This document shows positions 37,500 through 47,330 of a DNA stretch of 64,000 bases, piece by piece. The first letter of the stretch is position 1; every line of letters starts with the position of its first letter. The stretch lies in NCBI GenBank assembly GCA_965223845.1, contig CBDCXR010000004.1, positions 2,752,001 to 2,816,000 on the forward strand. The letters run 5' to 3'. The notes under the pieces were generated by a model. That model saw nothing but the letters and a program-made list of their open reading frames with translations. It ran no database searches and was not told the origin of the DNA. Made by a program: the position numbers and the translations under genes. Origin of the DNA: Planctomycetota bacterium. Its GTDB lineage: Bacteria; Planctomycetota; UBA8108; SXIK01.

Positions 37500-39106
37500 C
37501 AGAGGAAGAGCTCGACATCGAGGGTCGTCTTCAGAATCGCCTCGGCCCGAAGGAACAGATAAAACGTGAGCGCCACCATGCCGAGCACGACGACACGCCC
37601 GAGAACGGACGTCGCGGGCTTCGGTGGAGCGAGCGACTCGTCGGCGGATTCGAAGTACATGGTCTTAGCGATCGCGAGGTAGTAGTAGGCGGAAATCGCG
37701 GTGTTCACCGCGGCTGCGATCGCGAGCACGTAGAACCTCGTCTCGTGGACGTCGATGACGCTCATGAGCAGGTGGAACTTGCCGACGAATCCCGCTGTCG
37801 GAGGGATGCCGATGAGAGAAAAGAGGAACACGGTGAGCGATGCGGCCAGCCACGGAGCGCTCTTCCCCATGCCGCGAAACGCCGAGACTTCCGACGATCC
37901 GGTGCGATTTTCGAGAATGATCAAAACTGCGAACGCGCCGAAGTTCATCGCCAGGTAGGCGAGAAGATAGAAGCCGATCGTCTGCGCTCCGCTGTACTCG
38001 ACGTCGTAGCCGAGCACGGTGAGCCCCATCATCAGATACCCTGCGTGCGCGATCGATGAGTAGGCGAGGAGACGCTTCAAGTTCGTCTGCCAGAGCGCCG
38101 CCAAGTTGCCAAACGTCATCGTCACGATCGAAAGGACGATGAGGAGCGTCCGCCAATCGAGTTCGGCCCAGATGCTCGCCGCGGCCGAGCCGGGTGTGAG
38201 CTCGCTCGTCGAGCCCGAGAGCGCGTGAAAGAACCGGATCGCGATCGCGAATCCGGCCGCCTTGGAGAGCACCGACAAGAACGCGGTGATCGGCGTCGGC
38301 GCGCCCTCGTAAACGTCGGGCGCCCAAAAGTGCATCGGGATCGTCGACATCTTGTAGGCGAACCCGAGGAAGATGAAGAGGAGCGCGACCGTCGCCGCGA
38401 TGATCGTTCGCAGCTGCATCGCGCCCGTGCTGTACACCGGGTCATCGGGATTCCACGCAATCTCGCCCAGCGAAGCGATGGCACCGGAGCCCGTGAGCCC
38501 GAACCAGAGCGAGAATCCGAAGCCCATGATCGCTGCGGCGACGCTGCCGTAAATGATGTACTTAAGCGCCGCCTCGGAACCACGGCGGTCGGTGCGGAGA
38601 TAACCGACGAGGATGTACGAGCAGATGCTGAGGAGTTCGAGCGAGAGAAACATCATGACGAAGTGCGTCGACGACGCCATGAGCATCCCACCGAAAACCG
38701 AAGCGAGCAGGATGAAGTAGTACTCGCCCATGCGCCTCCCCTCGAGCTGCTTCGAGACGAAGCTGAGGAGGATCACCGGGATGGATCCGAGGAGAAAGAG
38801 GAGCTTGAAGAAGTTCGCGAAGGGATCGATCGCGACCATCCCCAAGAAGAGTTCTCGACTGGCGTCGGCGTTGTACTCGATCGTCGAGAGCGGCATCAGG
38901 CAGGCGCACAGCGCGACCCATGCGAGATGCTTCGACGCGCGGAGCGGAAGGAATAGGTCGAGGAGGAGGACGACCATCGCCGCGATCGCGACCTGAAGCT
39001 CCGCCCCGAAATACTCGAGACTCGAGAGGAGCGCCGGGACGACGTTCTCGCCGAACGCTTCCATGTCGGTCTGGAGGAGGAGCGAAGATAGAAACTGTCC
39101 GAACAT
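37499..39106 (-). CDS. nuoN: NADH-quinone oxidoreductase subunit N
   Basis: GEYY, SLELLS, SEAALKY, PMHFWAPDVYEGAPTP, KRLLAYSSIAHAGY, SLIGIPPTAGFVGKF. Confidence 0.95.
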   Translation of the reverse strand: MFGQFLSSLLLQTDMEAFGENVVPALLSSLEYFGAELQVAIAAMVVLLLDLFLPLRASKHLAWVALCACLMPLSTIEYNADASRELFLGMVAIDPFANFFKLLFLLGSIPVILLSFVSKQLEGRRMGEYYFILLASVFGGMLMASSTHFVMMFLSLELLSICSYILVGYLRTDRRGSEAALKYIIYGSVAAAIMGFGFSLWFGLTGSGAIASLGEIAWNPDDPVYSTGAMQLRTIIAATVALLFIFLGFAYKMSTIPMHFWAPDVYEGAPTPITAFLSVLSKAAGFAIAIRFFHALSGSTSELTPGSAAASIWAELDWRTLLIVLSIVTMTFGNLAALWQTNLKRLLAYSSIAHAGYLMMGLTVLGYDVEYSGAQTIGFYLLAYLAMNFGAFAVLIILENRTGSSEVSAFRGMGKSAPWLAASLTVFLFSLIGIPPTAGFVGKFHLLMSVIDVHETRFYVLAIAAAVNTAISAYYYLAIAKTMYFESADESLAPPKPATSVLGRVVVLGMVALTFYLFLRAEAILKTTLDVELFL

Positions 39107-39121
39107 CGTCGACTCCTAGCC

Positions 39122-40900
39122 TCAGTTCCCGATGACCGCGCGAACCATCGTCGTCATCGCATCGAGGGAACCGTCCATGAATTCGATCAGGATCGACGGG
39201 TAGACGCCGAGCGCGATGCAGAGAAACGCCAGCGGAACGAGAGTGACGACTTCGCGGAACGAGACGTCCGGGAAACGCTTGTAGCTCTCGTCCTTGATCG
39301 TTCCGAGATACACCCGCTGAATCGTCCAGAGGATGTAGACGGCGGTGAGAATGATTCCGAGGAGCGAGACGTAGACGATCCACCGCGCACCGAGCCCGTC
39401 GCTCGAGGTGATGAGTCCGGTGTCGTCCCAGGCTCCGACGAAGCAGAGGACTTCACTGATGAATCCGTTCAGCCCCGGCAGCCCGAGCGACGCGAAGAAC
39501 CCGATGGTCGCGAGGCCGGTGTACCACGGCATCTGAAGTCCTATGCCGCCGAAGCGCGTGAGGTCTCGGTGATGCGCGCGATCGTAGATGATTCCGACGA
39601 TGAGGAACATCATCGCGCTCGAGACTCCGTGGTTGAACATTTGAAGCGCCGCCCCGTTCACGCCGGCCGACGTGAGTGCCGCGAGTCCGAGAAGCACGTA
39701 TCCCATGTGACTGACGGACGAGTACGCGACGAGCTTCTTGAAGTCCTTCTGCGCGAGCGCGCAGAACGCTCCGTAGATGATGTTGATCATCCCGAGGCAA
39801 GCGATCAGCGCTACGAACGCGCGGTGGGTCGCCGCACTCGGAAGCATCGGATACGACAGCCGGAAGAGGCCGTAGCCGCCCATCTTGAGGAGGATTCCGG
39901 CGAGCATCATGCTCACCGCGGTGGGAGCTTGAACGTGCGCATCCGGGAGCCAGGTATGGAACGGGAACACGGGGATCTTGATCGCGAACCCGATAAAGAG
40001 CCCGATGAAGAGGAGCGAGCCGACGACGACGTTCGCCTGTGCGTACACCGGCATGATCTCCATGAGGGTCAGCATGTTGAACGTGTGCGGCTCGGACACG
40101 AAAAACATCACGAGCATGACGAGGAGCATCAACACCGAGCCGACGAGCGTATAGATGAAGAATTTGATGGCCGCGTAGAGTCGATTCTCTCCGCCCCAGA
40201 TTCCGATGAGGAAGTACATCGGAAGGAGCACGACTTCCCAAAAGACGTAGAAGAGGAAGAAGTCGAGTGCGCAGAAAACGCCGATGAGACCCGTCTCGAG
40301 AACGAGGAACAGAAGGAAGTACCCCTTCGTTCCCTTCCCGATCGACCACGAGTAGATGAGGCAGAGCACCGAGAGCAGTGCAGTCAGCCAGATGAGCGGA
40401 AGGCTCAACCCGTCGACGCCGAGAAAGTAGTTCACGTTGAACTTTTCGATCCACGGGACGAATTCGACGAATCCGAGCTGCGCCGTCTGCTCGGCGTCGA
40501 GCGCGTAGGCGAGCTCGGCCGCGCTCTCCCAGGCATCGACCGCAGCCGGGTTCATCGCCCCGCGGGCCTCATCACTTAGCGAGTAGCGCGCGACCGCGTC
40601 CGCATCCGGAGTGAGGTAGGTCGCCTTCCACCGCGCTACACCGTCGAGACCGGAGAACTCCTCGCCCTTAGCGGCGCTCGAGATCACCGAGTCTTGATGC
40701 GCGCTCAGGACCTGCATGCCGTTCAGTGCATCGTCGCCGCCTTGCTGGTAGCCGCGGACGAGCCCCATCGCGATGAGAAACGTCAGCGCGGACCCGATGA
40801 TGGCCACGGTCTTGATCAGCCACTGCCAGCTCGCGGGGATCAGAAGGATCACCGCCGCGGTGAGGAGCGGGAGAAAGATACACCAAGTGAGGGTAATCAT
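39122..40900 (-). CDS. nuoM: NADH-quinone oxidoreductase subunit M with a long first-loop insertion
   Basis: LGVDGLS, FYVFWE, KIPVFPFHTWLPDAHVQAPT, LLKMGGYG, AYSSVSHMG, LGLPGLNGFISE. Confidence 0.95.
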   Translation of the reverse strand: MITLTWCIFLPLLTAAVILLIPASWQWLIKTVAIIGSALTFLIAMGLVRGYQQGGDDALNGMQVLSAHQDSVISSAAKGEEFSGLDGVARWKATYLTPDADAVARYSLSDEARGAMNPAAVDAWESAAELAYALDAEQTAQLGFVEFVPWIEKFNVNYFLGVDGLSLPLIWLTALLSVLCLIYSWSIGKGTKGYFLLFLVLETGLIGVFCALDFFLFYVFWEVVLLPMYFLIGIWGGENRLYAAIKFFIYTLVGSVLMLLVMLVMFFVSEPHTFNMLTLMEIMPVYAQANVVVGSLLFIGLFIGFAIKIPVFPFHTWLPDAHVQAPTAVSMMLAGILLKMGGYGLFRLSYPMLPSAATHRAFVALIACLGMINIIYGAFCALAQKDFKKLVAYSSVSHMGYVLLGLAALTSAGVNGAALQMFNHGVSSAMMFLIVGIIYDRAHHRDLTRFGGIGLQMPWYTGLATIGFFASLGLPGLNGFISEVLCFVGAWDDTGLITSSDGLGARWIVYVSLLGIILTAVYILWTIQRVYLGTIKDESYKRFPDVSFREVVTLVPLAFLCIALGVYPSILIEFMDGSLDAMTTMVRAVIGN

Positions 40901-40945
40901 GTGCTTAGCTCGGTTCTCTCGTCGATCAGGACACCGAGTCCAACA

Positions 40946-43123
40946 TCAGTTTCCAGGAGTCTCCGCCGCTTCAGCCGCGGCCTCCGGGCCGCCTTCGATT
41001 CCGCTGAAGCCGGGATGATTGAAGACAAAGATCACACCGGCGGCGATCAAGACCCCGGCGACGAGCAGCACGGAGGCGTACACGTACTGCTGGAGAAGTC
41101 CCGTCTGGAGTCGCTTGACCTTGCGACCGCCCCAGAGCGTGACGTCGCCGAGTCCGCGCACGGAGCCATCGACGCCGTCGAAGTCCACCGTACCGACGAC
41201 GCCGGTGAAGTACTGGCATACCGTTCCGGTCCAGTTCACGAATCCGTCGACGACGTACTTATCGAATACTCCACACGCGAAATTCGCGGTGTGAAGAAGA
41301 CGGAGCGTGATCCACGTGTAGAAGCGGTCGATGTACCAGAGGTTCCTAAGGCACGTGTTGATCGCGGCGAGCGGACCGGACGCGACAACGTTCTTTCCGT
41401 AGAACGGCCCCGACGGGAGAAAGAACGCCCAGGCGAGCGCGAGCCCGGCAACGAACAACCCACTGGCCACGTAAGGGACGACGTGATGGGCTTCGGTGTA
41501 CGCCGCCATCATGGCGTCGAACTGGGTCGTAACCGTCCCGAACGGAACGAGGACCTCCGACGCAACGCGATTCTCGAACCAGTGGATGTCGAGGACGAAG
41601 GGAATGCCGCCCGCGATCACCGAGAGCACGGCGAGAATGATCAGCGGCACGGTCATCGTGAGCGGAGACTCGTGCGCGTGCTCGTAGGCCTTCTCGTTTC
41701 TCGGCGTGCCGTAGAACGTCTTGAAGAACATGCGGAACATGTAGAAGCAGGTCATGCCCGCCGTCACCGTTCCGAGGAGGAACGGCATCCATGCGAGCGC
41801 CGTCCCGCGATGCTCGGCGAACGCGCTCGCCTGAGAGAGGATCGCGTCCTTGGACCAAAAGCCGGAGAGAAACGGCAGTCCCGCGATCGCGAGAGTTCCG
41901 ATGAGGAACGTCGCGTGCGTAATCGGCAGCTTCTTCCGAAGCCCGCCCATGTCGTCCATCTCGTTTGAATGGACCGCGTGGATCACGCTTCCCGAGCCGA
42001 GGAAGAGGAGCGCCTTGAAGAAGGCGTGGGTCACGAGGTGGAAGAGTCCGGCGAAGACACTCCCGCATCCGAGCCCGAGCACCATGTACCCGAGCTGCGA
42101 AATCGTCGAATACGCGAGGACCTTCTTGATGTCCGTCTGGCTGAACGCGATCGTCGCCGCGAAGAACGCGGTGAACCCTCCGACGAGAGCGATCACGAAG
42201 AGTGTGTCGCTGCTCATGAAGTCGCCGCCGGCAAAGTATGGCGCGCCGGCGAGGAGCGGAAACATCCGTCCGATGAGGTAGACACCCGCTGCGACCATCG
42301 TCGCGGCGTGAATCAGCGCCGACACGGGAGTCGGACCCTCCATCGCATCGGGAAGCCAAACGTGCAGCGGAAACTGCGCCGACTTTCCGACGGGACCGAT
42401 GAAGAGACAGATCCCGGCGAAGGTGAGCAGCGCAGCCGGCCACGCCCCCGCTTCGACGCTGGCGAAGATTCGGTCATAGTCGAGCGAACCGACCTGCGTC
42501 GCGATCACGAGGATCGCGATGAAGAAGCCGATGTCGCCGATCCGCGTCGTCATGAACGCCTTGATGGACGCGGCCTGCGCGGACTTCTTCTCGAAGTAGA
42601 ATCCGATGAGGAAGTAAGAGCAGAGGCCGACGAGCTCCCAAAAGATGAACGTGAAGAGCAGGTTTCCCGCGATGCAGAGCCCGAGCATCGAAAAGGAGAA
42701 GAGCCCGAGGAACGCGAAAAACCGCGGGTAACGCACCTCGCCGTGCATGTACCCCATGGAATACACGTGAACGAGGAGGCTCACGAGCGTCACGACGAAG
42801 AGCATGACGATCGTCAAATTGTCGATCGCGATGCTGAAGTCGAGTCGGAACCCACCGTTCGCATCGTTTCCGATGTCGATCCAGCCGAGACCGAGCTCCG
42901 GGTACCAGAGCTGCGCGACGACGCCCTGCTCAGCCGAAAGGAGCTGCGCGGTGAGGTAGAGGGCGATCGCGAACGAGCCGCCGATGAAAATCGTCGGCAC
43001 CCAGTCGCCCTGACGCGGCAACTTGCTCCCGCAAAGCGCTTGGATGACGAAACCGACCAGCGGCAGCACGGTGAGAACGAGCGCCCACTGGCAGAAGTCG
43101 ATGTTTTCAGTGCTGACCGGCAT
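40946..43123 (-). CDS. nuoL: NADH-quinone oxidoreductase subunit L
   Basis: YSMGYM, WELVGLCSYFLIGF, KSAQFPLHVWLPDAMEGPTPVSALIHAATMV, HAFFKALLFLGSG. Confidence 0.96.
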   Translation of the reverse strand: MPVSTENIDFCQWALVLTVLPLVGFVIQALCGSKLPRQGDWVPTIFIGGSFAIALYLTAQLLSAEQGVVAQLWYPELGLGWIDIGNDANGGFRLDFSIAIDNLTIVMLFVVTLVSLLVHVYSMGYMHGEVRYPRFFAFLGLFSFSMLGLCIAGNLLFTFIFWELVGLCSYFLIGFYFEKKSAQAASIKAFMTTRIGDIGFFIAILVIATQVGSLDYDRIFASVEAGAWPAALLTFAGICLFIGPVGKSAQFPLHVWLPDAMEGPTPVSALIHAATMVAAGVYLIGRMFPLLAGAPYFAGGDFMSSDTLFVIALVGGFTAFFAATIAFSQTDIKKVLAYSTISQLGYMVLGLGCGSVFAGLFHLVTHAFFKALLFLGSGSVIHAVHSNEMDDMGGLRKKLPITHATFLIGTLAIAGLPFLSGFWSKDAILSQASAFAEHRGTALAWMPFLLGTVTAGMTCFYMFRMFFKTFYGTPRNEKAYEHAHESPLTMTVPLIILAVLSVIAGGIPFVLDIHWFENRVASEVLVPFGTVTTQFDAMMAAYTEAHHVVPYVASGLFVAGLALAWAFFLPSGPFYGKNVVASGPLAAINTCLRNLWYIDRFYTWITLRLLHTANFACGVFDKYVVDGFVNWTGTVCQYFTGVVGTVDFDGVDGSVRGLGDVTLWGGRKVKRLQTGLLQQYVYASVLLVAGVLIAAGVIFVFNHPGFSGIEGGPEAAAEAAETPGN

Positions 43124-43178
43124 GGTGGTTCGGCTGCCTTCGGTATCTCGGCGACCCGCGATCGGTCGCGGCGAGACG

Positions 43179-43583
43179 TCAACCCTTGAGCGACTGCGCC
43201 TCCGGGACGTCCACCGTGTTGAGATTGCTAAACAGATTGAGCACGATCGCGATGGCGACAGCGGCCTCGGCCGCCGCGATCACGACGATAAACAGGGTCA
43301 CGATCTGCCCGTCCACGAGACCGGCGGGCGTAAACTTTGAAAACGCGACAAAGTTGAGTCCGGCCGAGTTGAGCATGAGCTCGACGCCCATCAGAACGGC
43401 GATCGCGTTCCGCCGCGTGATGATGATCATCAACCCGATTCCGAAGGCGAGTGCGCTCACGACGAGATAGTGGGAAAGCCCAACGTCGCTCGCCGCCTGA
43501 GTCACCTCGGGAGTCGCGGCCTCCGCAGTAGCGGCGGCCTGCGCGAGCCAAGGGGAGATCAAGGAGTCGAATGCCTTGAGCAT
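43179..43583 (-). CDS. nuoK: NADH-quinone oxidoreductase subunit K
   Basis: RRNAIAVLMGVELMLNS, GQIVTLF, AAAEAAVAIA. Confidence 0.94.
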   Translation of the reverse strand: MLKAFDSLISPWLAQAAATAEAATPEVTQAASDVGLSHYLVVSALAFGIGLMIIITRRNAIAVLMGVELMLNSAGLNFVAFSKFTPAGLVDGQIVTLFIVVIAAAEAAVAIAIVLNLFSNLNTVDVPEAQSLKG

Positions 43584-44132
43584 CTAGCGACCCTCCCCTT
43601 CCGTCGGGGGCGACTCGCCGCCCTTTGTCCGCTCACCGTCGCGCCGGACGAGGTAGCTCGCTCCGACCATCGCGACGAGGAGCAGAATCGACACCGCTTC
43701 GAAGGGCAGGACGTACCGACTCATGAAGTCGGCGCCGATCTCGCGCGCGACGAATCCACCGTCCTTCGGCGGGATTTCATTCCAAGGCACGCCGCGGGCG
43801 AGAAGGATCAGTCCGACGATCACCCCGAAGCCGGTGACGACCCCGGGCAGGATCAACGTCCAGTGGCGACGTTCCCGGAGAGGGATGTCGACCTTCTGCG
43901 TGAGCATGATTCCAAAGAGCATGAGGATCAGGATTCCACCGATGTAAACGACGACTTGCGTGAAGCCGAGGAAGCCCGCTCCCATGTGAAGGTAAAGGCC
44001 CGCGAAACCCGCGAGGCTCAGAATGAGCCAGAACGCCATGTGCACGATGTCCCGCGTGAAAAGAACGATCAACGCGGGCAGCACCGTCGCGACGGCGAAC
44101 ACCCAGAACATGAAGTCGCTAAAAAAATCCAC
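43584..44132 (-). CDS. nuoJ: NADH-quinone oxidoreductase subunit J
   Basis: QVVVYIGGILILMLFGIML, YVLPFEAVSILLLVAMVGA. Confidence 0.94.
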   Translation of the reverse strand: MDFFSDFMFWVFAVATVLPALIVLFTRDIVHMAFWLILSLAGFAGLYLHMGAGFLGFTQVVVYIGGILILMLFGIMLTQKVDIPLRERRHWTLILPGVVTGFGVIVGLILLARGVPWNEIPPKDGGFVAREIGADFMSRYVLPFEAVSILLLVAMVGASYLVRRDGERTKGGESPPTEGEGR

Positions 44133-44231
44133 GGTCAGAATCCACCGCTGGTTCGCTGGATTTCGGTTTCACTCCGCGCGTCGATCCCGCGGGAGACGAA
44201 CCGGACTGCGCCAGAGCGTGCCCGCTCGGCG

Positions 44232-44870
44232 CTATTTCTTTTTCTCGCCGCCTTTCTTTCCGCCTTCGCTCTTCGCTTCCTTCGCCTTCTCTTCCTTCAG
44301 CTTCTCCGCATTGCGTGCGGCGGCTTCCTTGTCCGCCTGAGCGCGCGCTTTCTTCTCCGCCGCTAGGCGCTCGTTCTCCCCTCGAGCCCACTCGACAAAG
44401 CGCTCGTCTTCGTCGGTGTACACCTCATCCGTGAGGAGATTCTTCTCCATCATGGTTCGGTCGGTAGCGTGGTAGTCGAAGTCGGGACCGAGGAAGATGC
44501 ACTTCGGCGGACAGGGTTCCTCACAGAGTCCGCAGAAGATGCACACCGTGTAGTCGACGGTAAACTTCGCGAGCGTCGCCTTCTGCCCGCGATAGCCCCC
44601 CTTCAGCACCCCGTCCGATCCGCGCGTCCCTTCGATGTAGATGCAGTCGACCGGGCAGATGTCGGAACACTTCCAGCACATCACGCACTTTTCGGTCTCG
44701 AGATAATGAATTCCGCGATGCCGCGGCGGGATCGGGTCTTGCTCGTGCGGATACTGAACCGTGATCGTGTGCTTCTTGTAGTTGAGGAAATACTTCAGCG
44801 TGATGCCCATGCCGATCATGATCGACTTGGCGACTCTGAAGATGTCCGAGAAGTAACGACTCACTGACAT
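44232..44870 (-). CDS. nuoI: NADH-quinone oxidoreductase subunit I
   Basis: TVQYP, two CxxCxxCxxxCP motifs (CVMCWKCSDICP, CIFCGLCEEPCP), Lys/Glu-rich tail. Confidence 0.94.
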   Translation of the reverse strand: MSVSRYFSDIFRVAKSIMIGMGITLKYFLNYKKHTITVQYPHEQDPIPPRHRGIHYLETEKCVMCWKCSDICPVDCIYIEGTRGSDGVLKGGYRGQKATLAKFTVDYTVCIFCGLCEEPCPPKCIFLGPDFDYHATDRTMMEKNLLTDEVYTDEDERFVEWARGENERLAAEKKARAQADKEAAARNAEKLKEEKAKEAKSEGGKKGGEKKK

Positions 44871-44906
44871 GAGTTCTTTCCTCGACGCCCGCGGGCGCCT
44901 ACCGAA

Positions 44907-46148
44907 TCAGTTCGCAACGAACCCAAAGAACGCCCGGCCTCCCGTCATGAGGTCCCAGGCAACCGCTCCGACGAGGCCGACCATGCTGAGAGGAAGCAAC
45001 ACTTTCCAGCAGATGTACATCATCTGATCGAGGCGCACGCGCGGGAGCGTCCAGCGCACCCACATCTGAATGAAAACGAGGAAGATCGCCTTGTTCACGA
45101 AGACGCCGGCCTTGATCAACATGCCGGCTGTCACCGCGAGGGCCGACGAGTCCGCGCTCATCCCGATCGAGTCGATGATTGGGATCCCGCTCCACCACCC
45201 GCCGAGATAAAGCGCGACCGCGATCGCCGAAACGAGATACATCGCGCCGTACTCGGCCATGAAGAAAAGGCCGAAGCGCATGCCGCTGTACTCGGTGTGA
45301 AAGCCGGAGACGAGCTCCGACTCCGCCTCGGGGAGATCGAAGGGCGCGCGCTTGCACTCCGCGAGACTCGCCACGAGGTAGACGATCATAAGGAGCGGCA
45401 TGAACGGATTGCGAAAGACGAACCACGAGAAGAACCAGCCCTCCTGCTGGTTGACGACCTCGACGAGCGAGAACGACCCCGCGAGCGCGATCACGGTGAC
45501 GAACGCGAGCCCGATCGGGATCTCGTAGCTCACCATCTGCGCGGCGGTCCGAATCGTGGCGAAGAGCGACCACTTATTGTTCGAAGCCCAGCCGGCCATG
45601 ATCACGCCGAGCACTTCGGTCGATCCGACGGCAGCGACGAAGAAGAGTCCGAGGTGCATGTCGCTCGCGACGAGGTTGTGCCCGAAGGGAAGCGGCACGA
45701 ATCGAATGAGCACGCCGGCGAAGACGATCATCGGCGCGAGCGCAAACAGCGGGCGGCTCGCGAGTCGCGGGATGATGTCTTCCTTCGCGATGAGCTTGAG
45801 ACCGTCGGCGAGCGTCTGAAGCGCCCCGTGCGGCCCGACTTCCATCGGACCGAGACGGCACTGCATGTGTGCCGACACCTTCCGTTCGAGCCAGACGGCA
45901 AAGAGCGAGAAGACGTTGATGAAGCCGAAAATGAGGAGACACACGATCAGCATCGCGAGCCCCGTAAAGACGAGGTCGAGGCCGACGAACGTCGTCGCCG
46001 AGTCGCCGGCGAAATAGGCGAACGCCGAATCCATGAGCGATTCGATGAAGTTCGGGCCGTGGATCTCCGGCGTATCACGCTCGGCGCCCAGCTGCTCGTA
46101 AGTCTTCGCCTGCCCGAGAACTACGGATAGCGCCGCGGTCAAGTTCAT
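44907..46148 (-). CDS. nuoH: NADH-quinone oxidoreductase subunit H
   Basis: WLERKV...RLGP, ADGLKLIAKE, GWASNNKWS, QMVSYE, RAPFDLPEAESELVSGFHTEYSG, RWTLPRVRLDQ. ATG 46148 overlaps the nuoD stop. Confidence 0.95.
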   Translation of the reverse strand: MNLTAALSVVLGQAKTYEQLGAERDTPEIHGPNFIESLMDSAFAYFAGDSATTFVGLDLVFTGLAMLIVCLLIFGFINVFSLFAVWLERKVSAHMQCRLGPMEVGPHGALQTLADGLKLIAKEDIIPRLASRPLFALAPMIVFAGVLIRFVPLPFGHNLVASDMHLGLFFVAAVGSTEVLGVIMAGWASNNKWSLFATIRTAAQMVSYEIPIGLAFVTVIALAGSFSLVEVVNQQEGWFFSWFVFRNPFMPLLMIVYLVASLAECKRAPFDLPEAESELVSGFHTEYSGMRFGLFFMAEYGAMYLVSAIAVALYLGGWWSGIPIIDSIGMSADSSALAVTAGMLIKAGVFVNKAIFLVFIQMWVRWTLPRVRLDQMMYICWKVLLPLSMVGLVGAVAWDLMTGGRAFFGFVAN

Positions 46149-47290
46149 CGGTCGACCTCTCCCATGACGATGTCGAAGCTCCCGATGATCGCGACCAGGT
46201 CCGCGAGCATGCACGTCCCGTCGGCCGTCATCGCATCCAGGATGCTGATGTTGTTGAACGACGGCCCGCGCGCCTTCACTCGGTACGGGTTGGCGGTGCC
46301 GTCGCTCACGACGTAGAACCCGACCTCGCCGCGCGCGCCTTCGACCTTGTGATACGTCTCGCCCTTCTTCGGCTTGACGGCGCGGTAGGCCTTCTTGTCG
46401 CAAAACGGCCCGTCGGGAATCCCGTCGAGCGCCTGCCGCACGATCTTGCAGCTCTCGCGCATTTCGCGAATTCGGACCATGTACCGATCCCAGCAGTCGC
46501 CGAGTTGCCCCATCTCGCCCGACCCGACCGGGACGTCGAACTCGAAGCGGTCGTAGATTCCGTACGGCTCATCGCGGCGCAGGTCTCTCGCGACTCCGCT
46601 TCCGCGAAGCGAAGGACCGGTCACGCCGTAGTTGATCGCCATATCTGCACCGAGCACGCCGACGTTCGCCGTTCGCGAGATGAAAATCCCGTTGTACGAC
46701 AGGAGCGAGTCGTACTCGTCGATGACGGCGGGCTCGAAGTAGTCGACGAACTCGCGCGCGTCCCGCAGCGTCTCCTCCGTCATGTCGAAAGACACACCGC
46801 CGACGCGCACGTAACTGTAATTGAGCCGCTGCCCGCAGATCTTCTCGAAGATCTTCAGAATCTTCTCGCGGTCGCGCCACGCGTGGAGGAACGGCGTGAT
46901 CGCGCCGAGATCGAGCGCGTAGGTGCCGAACGAGATCAGATGGCTCGCAATGCGATTGAGCTCCATCACGATCACGCGGATGTACTCCGCCCGTTCCGGC
47001 ACGTTCAAGCCGAGGAGCTTCTCAACCGCCTGCGAGTACGCCAGGTTGTTCCCGATCGCGCACAGGTAGTCCATGCGATCCGTGTACGGAACGACCTGGA
47101 TGTAGTTGTTCCCTTCGGCGCACTTCTCGAAGCAGCGGTGCAGGTAACCGACGTGGGACTCGGTCTCGAGCACCATCTCGCCGTCCGTCCGCACGACCAC
47201 GCGAAACACCCCGTGGGTGCTGGGATGCTGCGGCCCCATGTTGAGGAGCATCTCCTCGGTGCGGACGTCCTGAATGCCGATCGATTCCAT
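46145..47290 (-). CDS. nuoD: NADH-quinone oxidoreductase subunit D
   Basis: NMGPQHPSTHGV, GYLHRCFEK, DRMDY, ELNRIASHL, EGARGE, GEVDR. Quinone-site His and Tyr are intact. Confidence 0.96.
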   Translation of the reverse strand: MESIGIQDVRTEEMLLNMGPQHPSTHGVFRVVVRTDGEMVLETESHVGYLHRCFEKCAEGNNYIQVVPYTDRMDYLCAIGNNLAYSQAVEKLLGLNVPERAEYIRVIVMELNRIASHLISFGTYALDLGAITPFLHAWRDREKILKIFEKICGQRLNYSYVRVGGVSFDMTEETLRDAREFVDYFEPAVIDEYDSLLSYNGIFISRTANVGVLGADMAINYGVTGPSLRGSGVARDLRRDEPYGIYDRFEFDVPVGSGEMGQLGDCWDRYMVRIREMRESCKIVRQALDGIPDGPFCDKKAYRAVKPKKGETYHKVEGARGEVGFYVVSDGTANPYRVKARGPSFNNISILDAMTADGTCMLADLVAIIGSFDIVMGEVDR

Positions 47291-47330
47291 GCGTTCTTCG
47301 TAGCTCCCGGACCGCGCGATCGCGCGCAGC

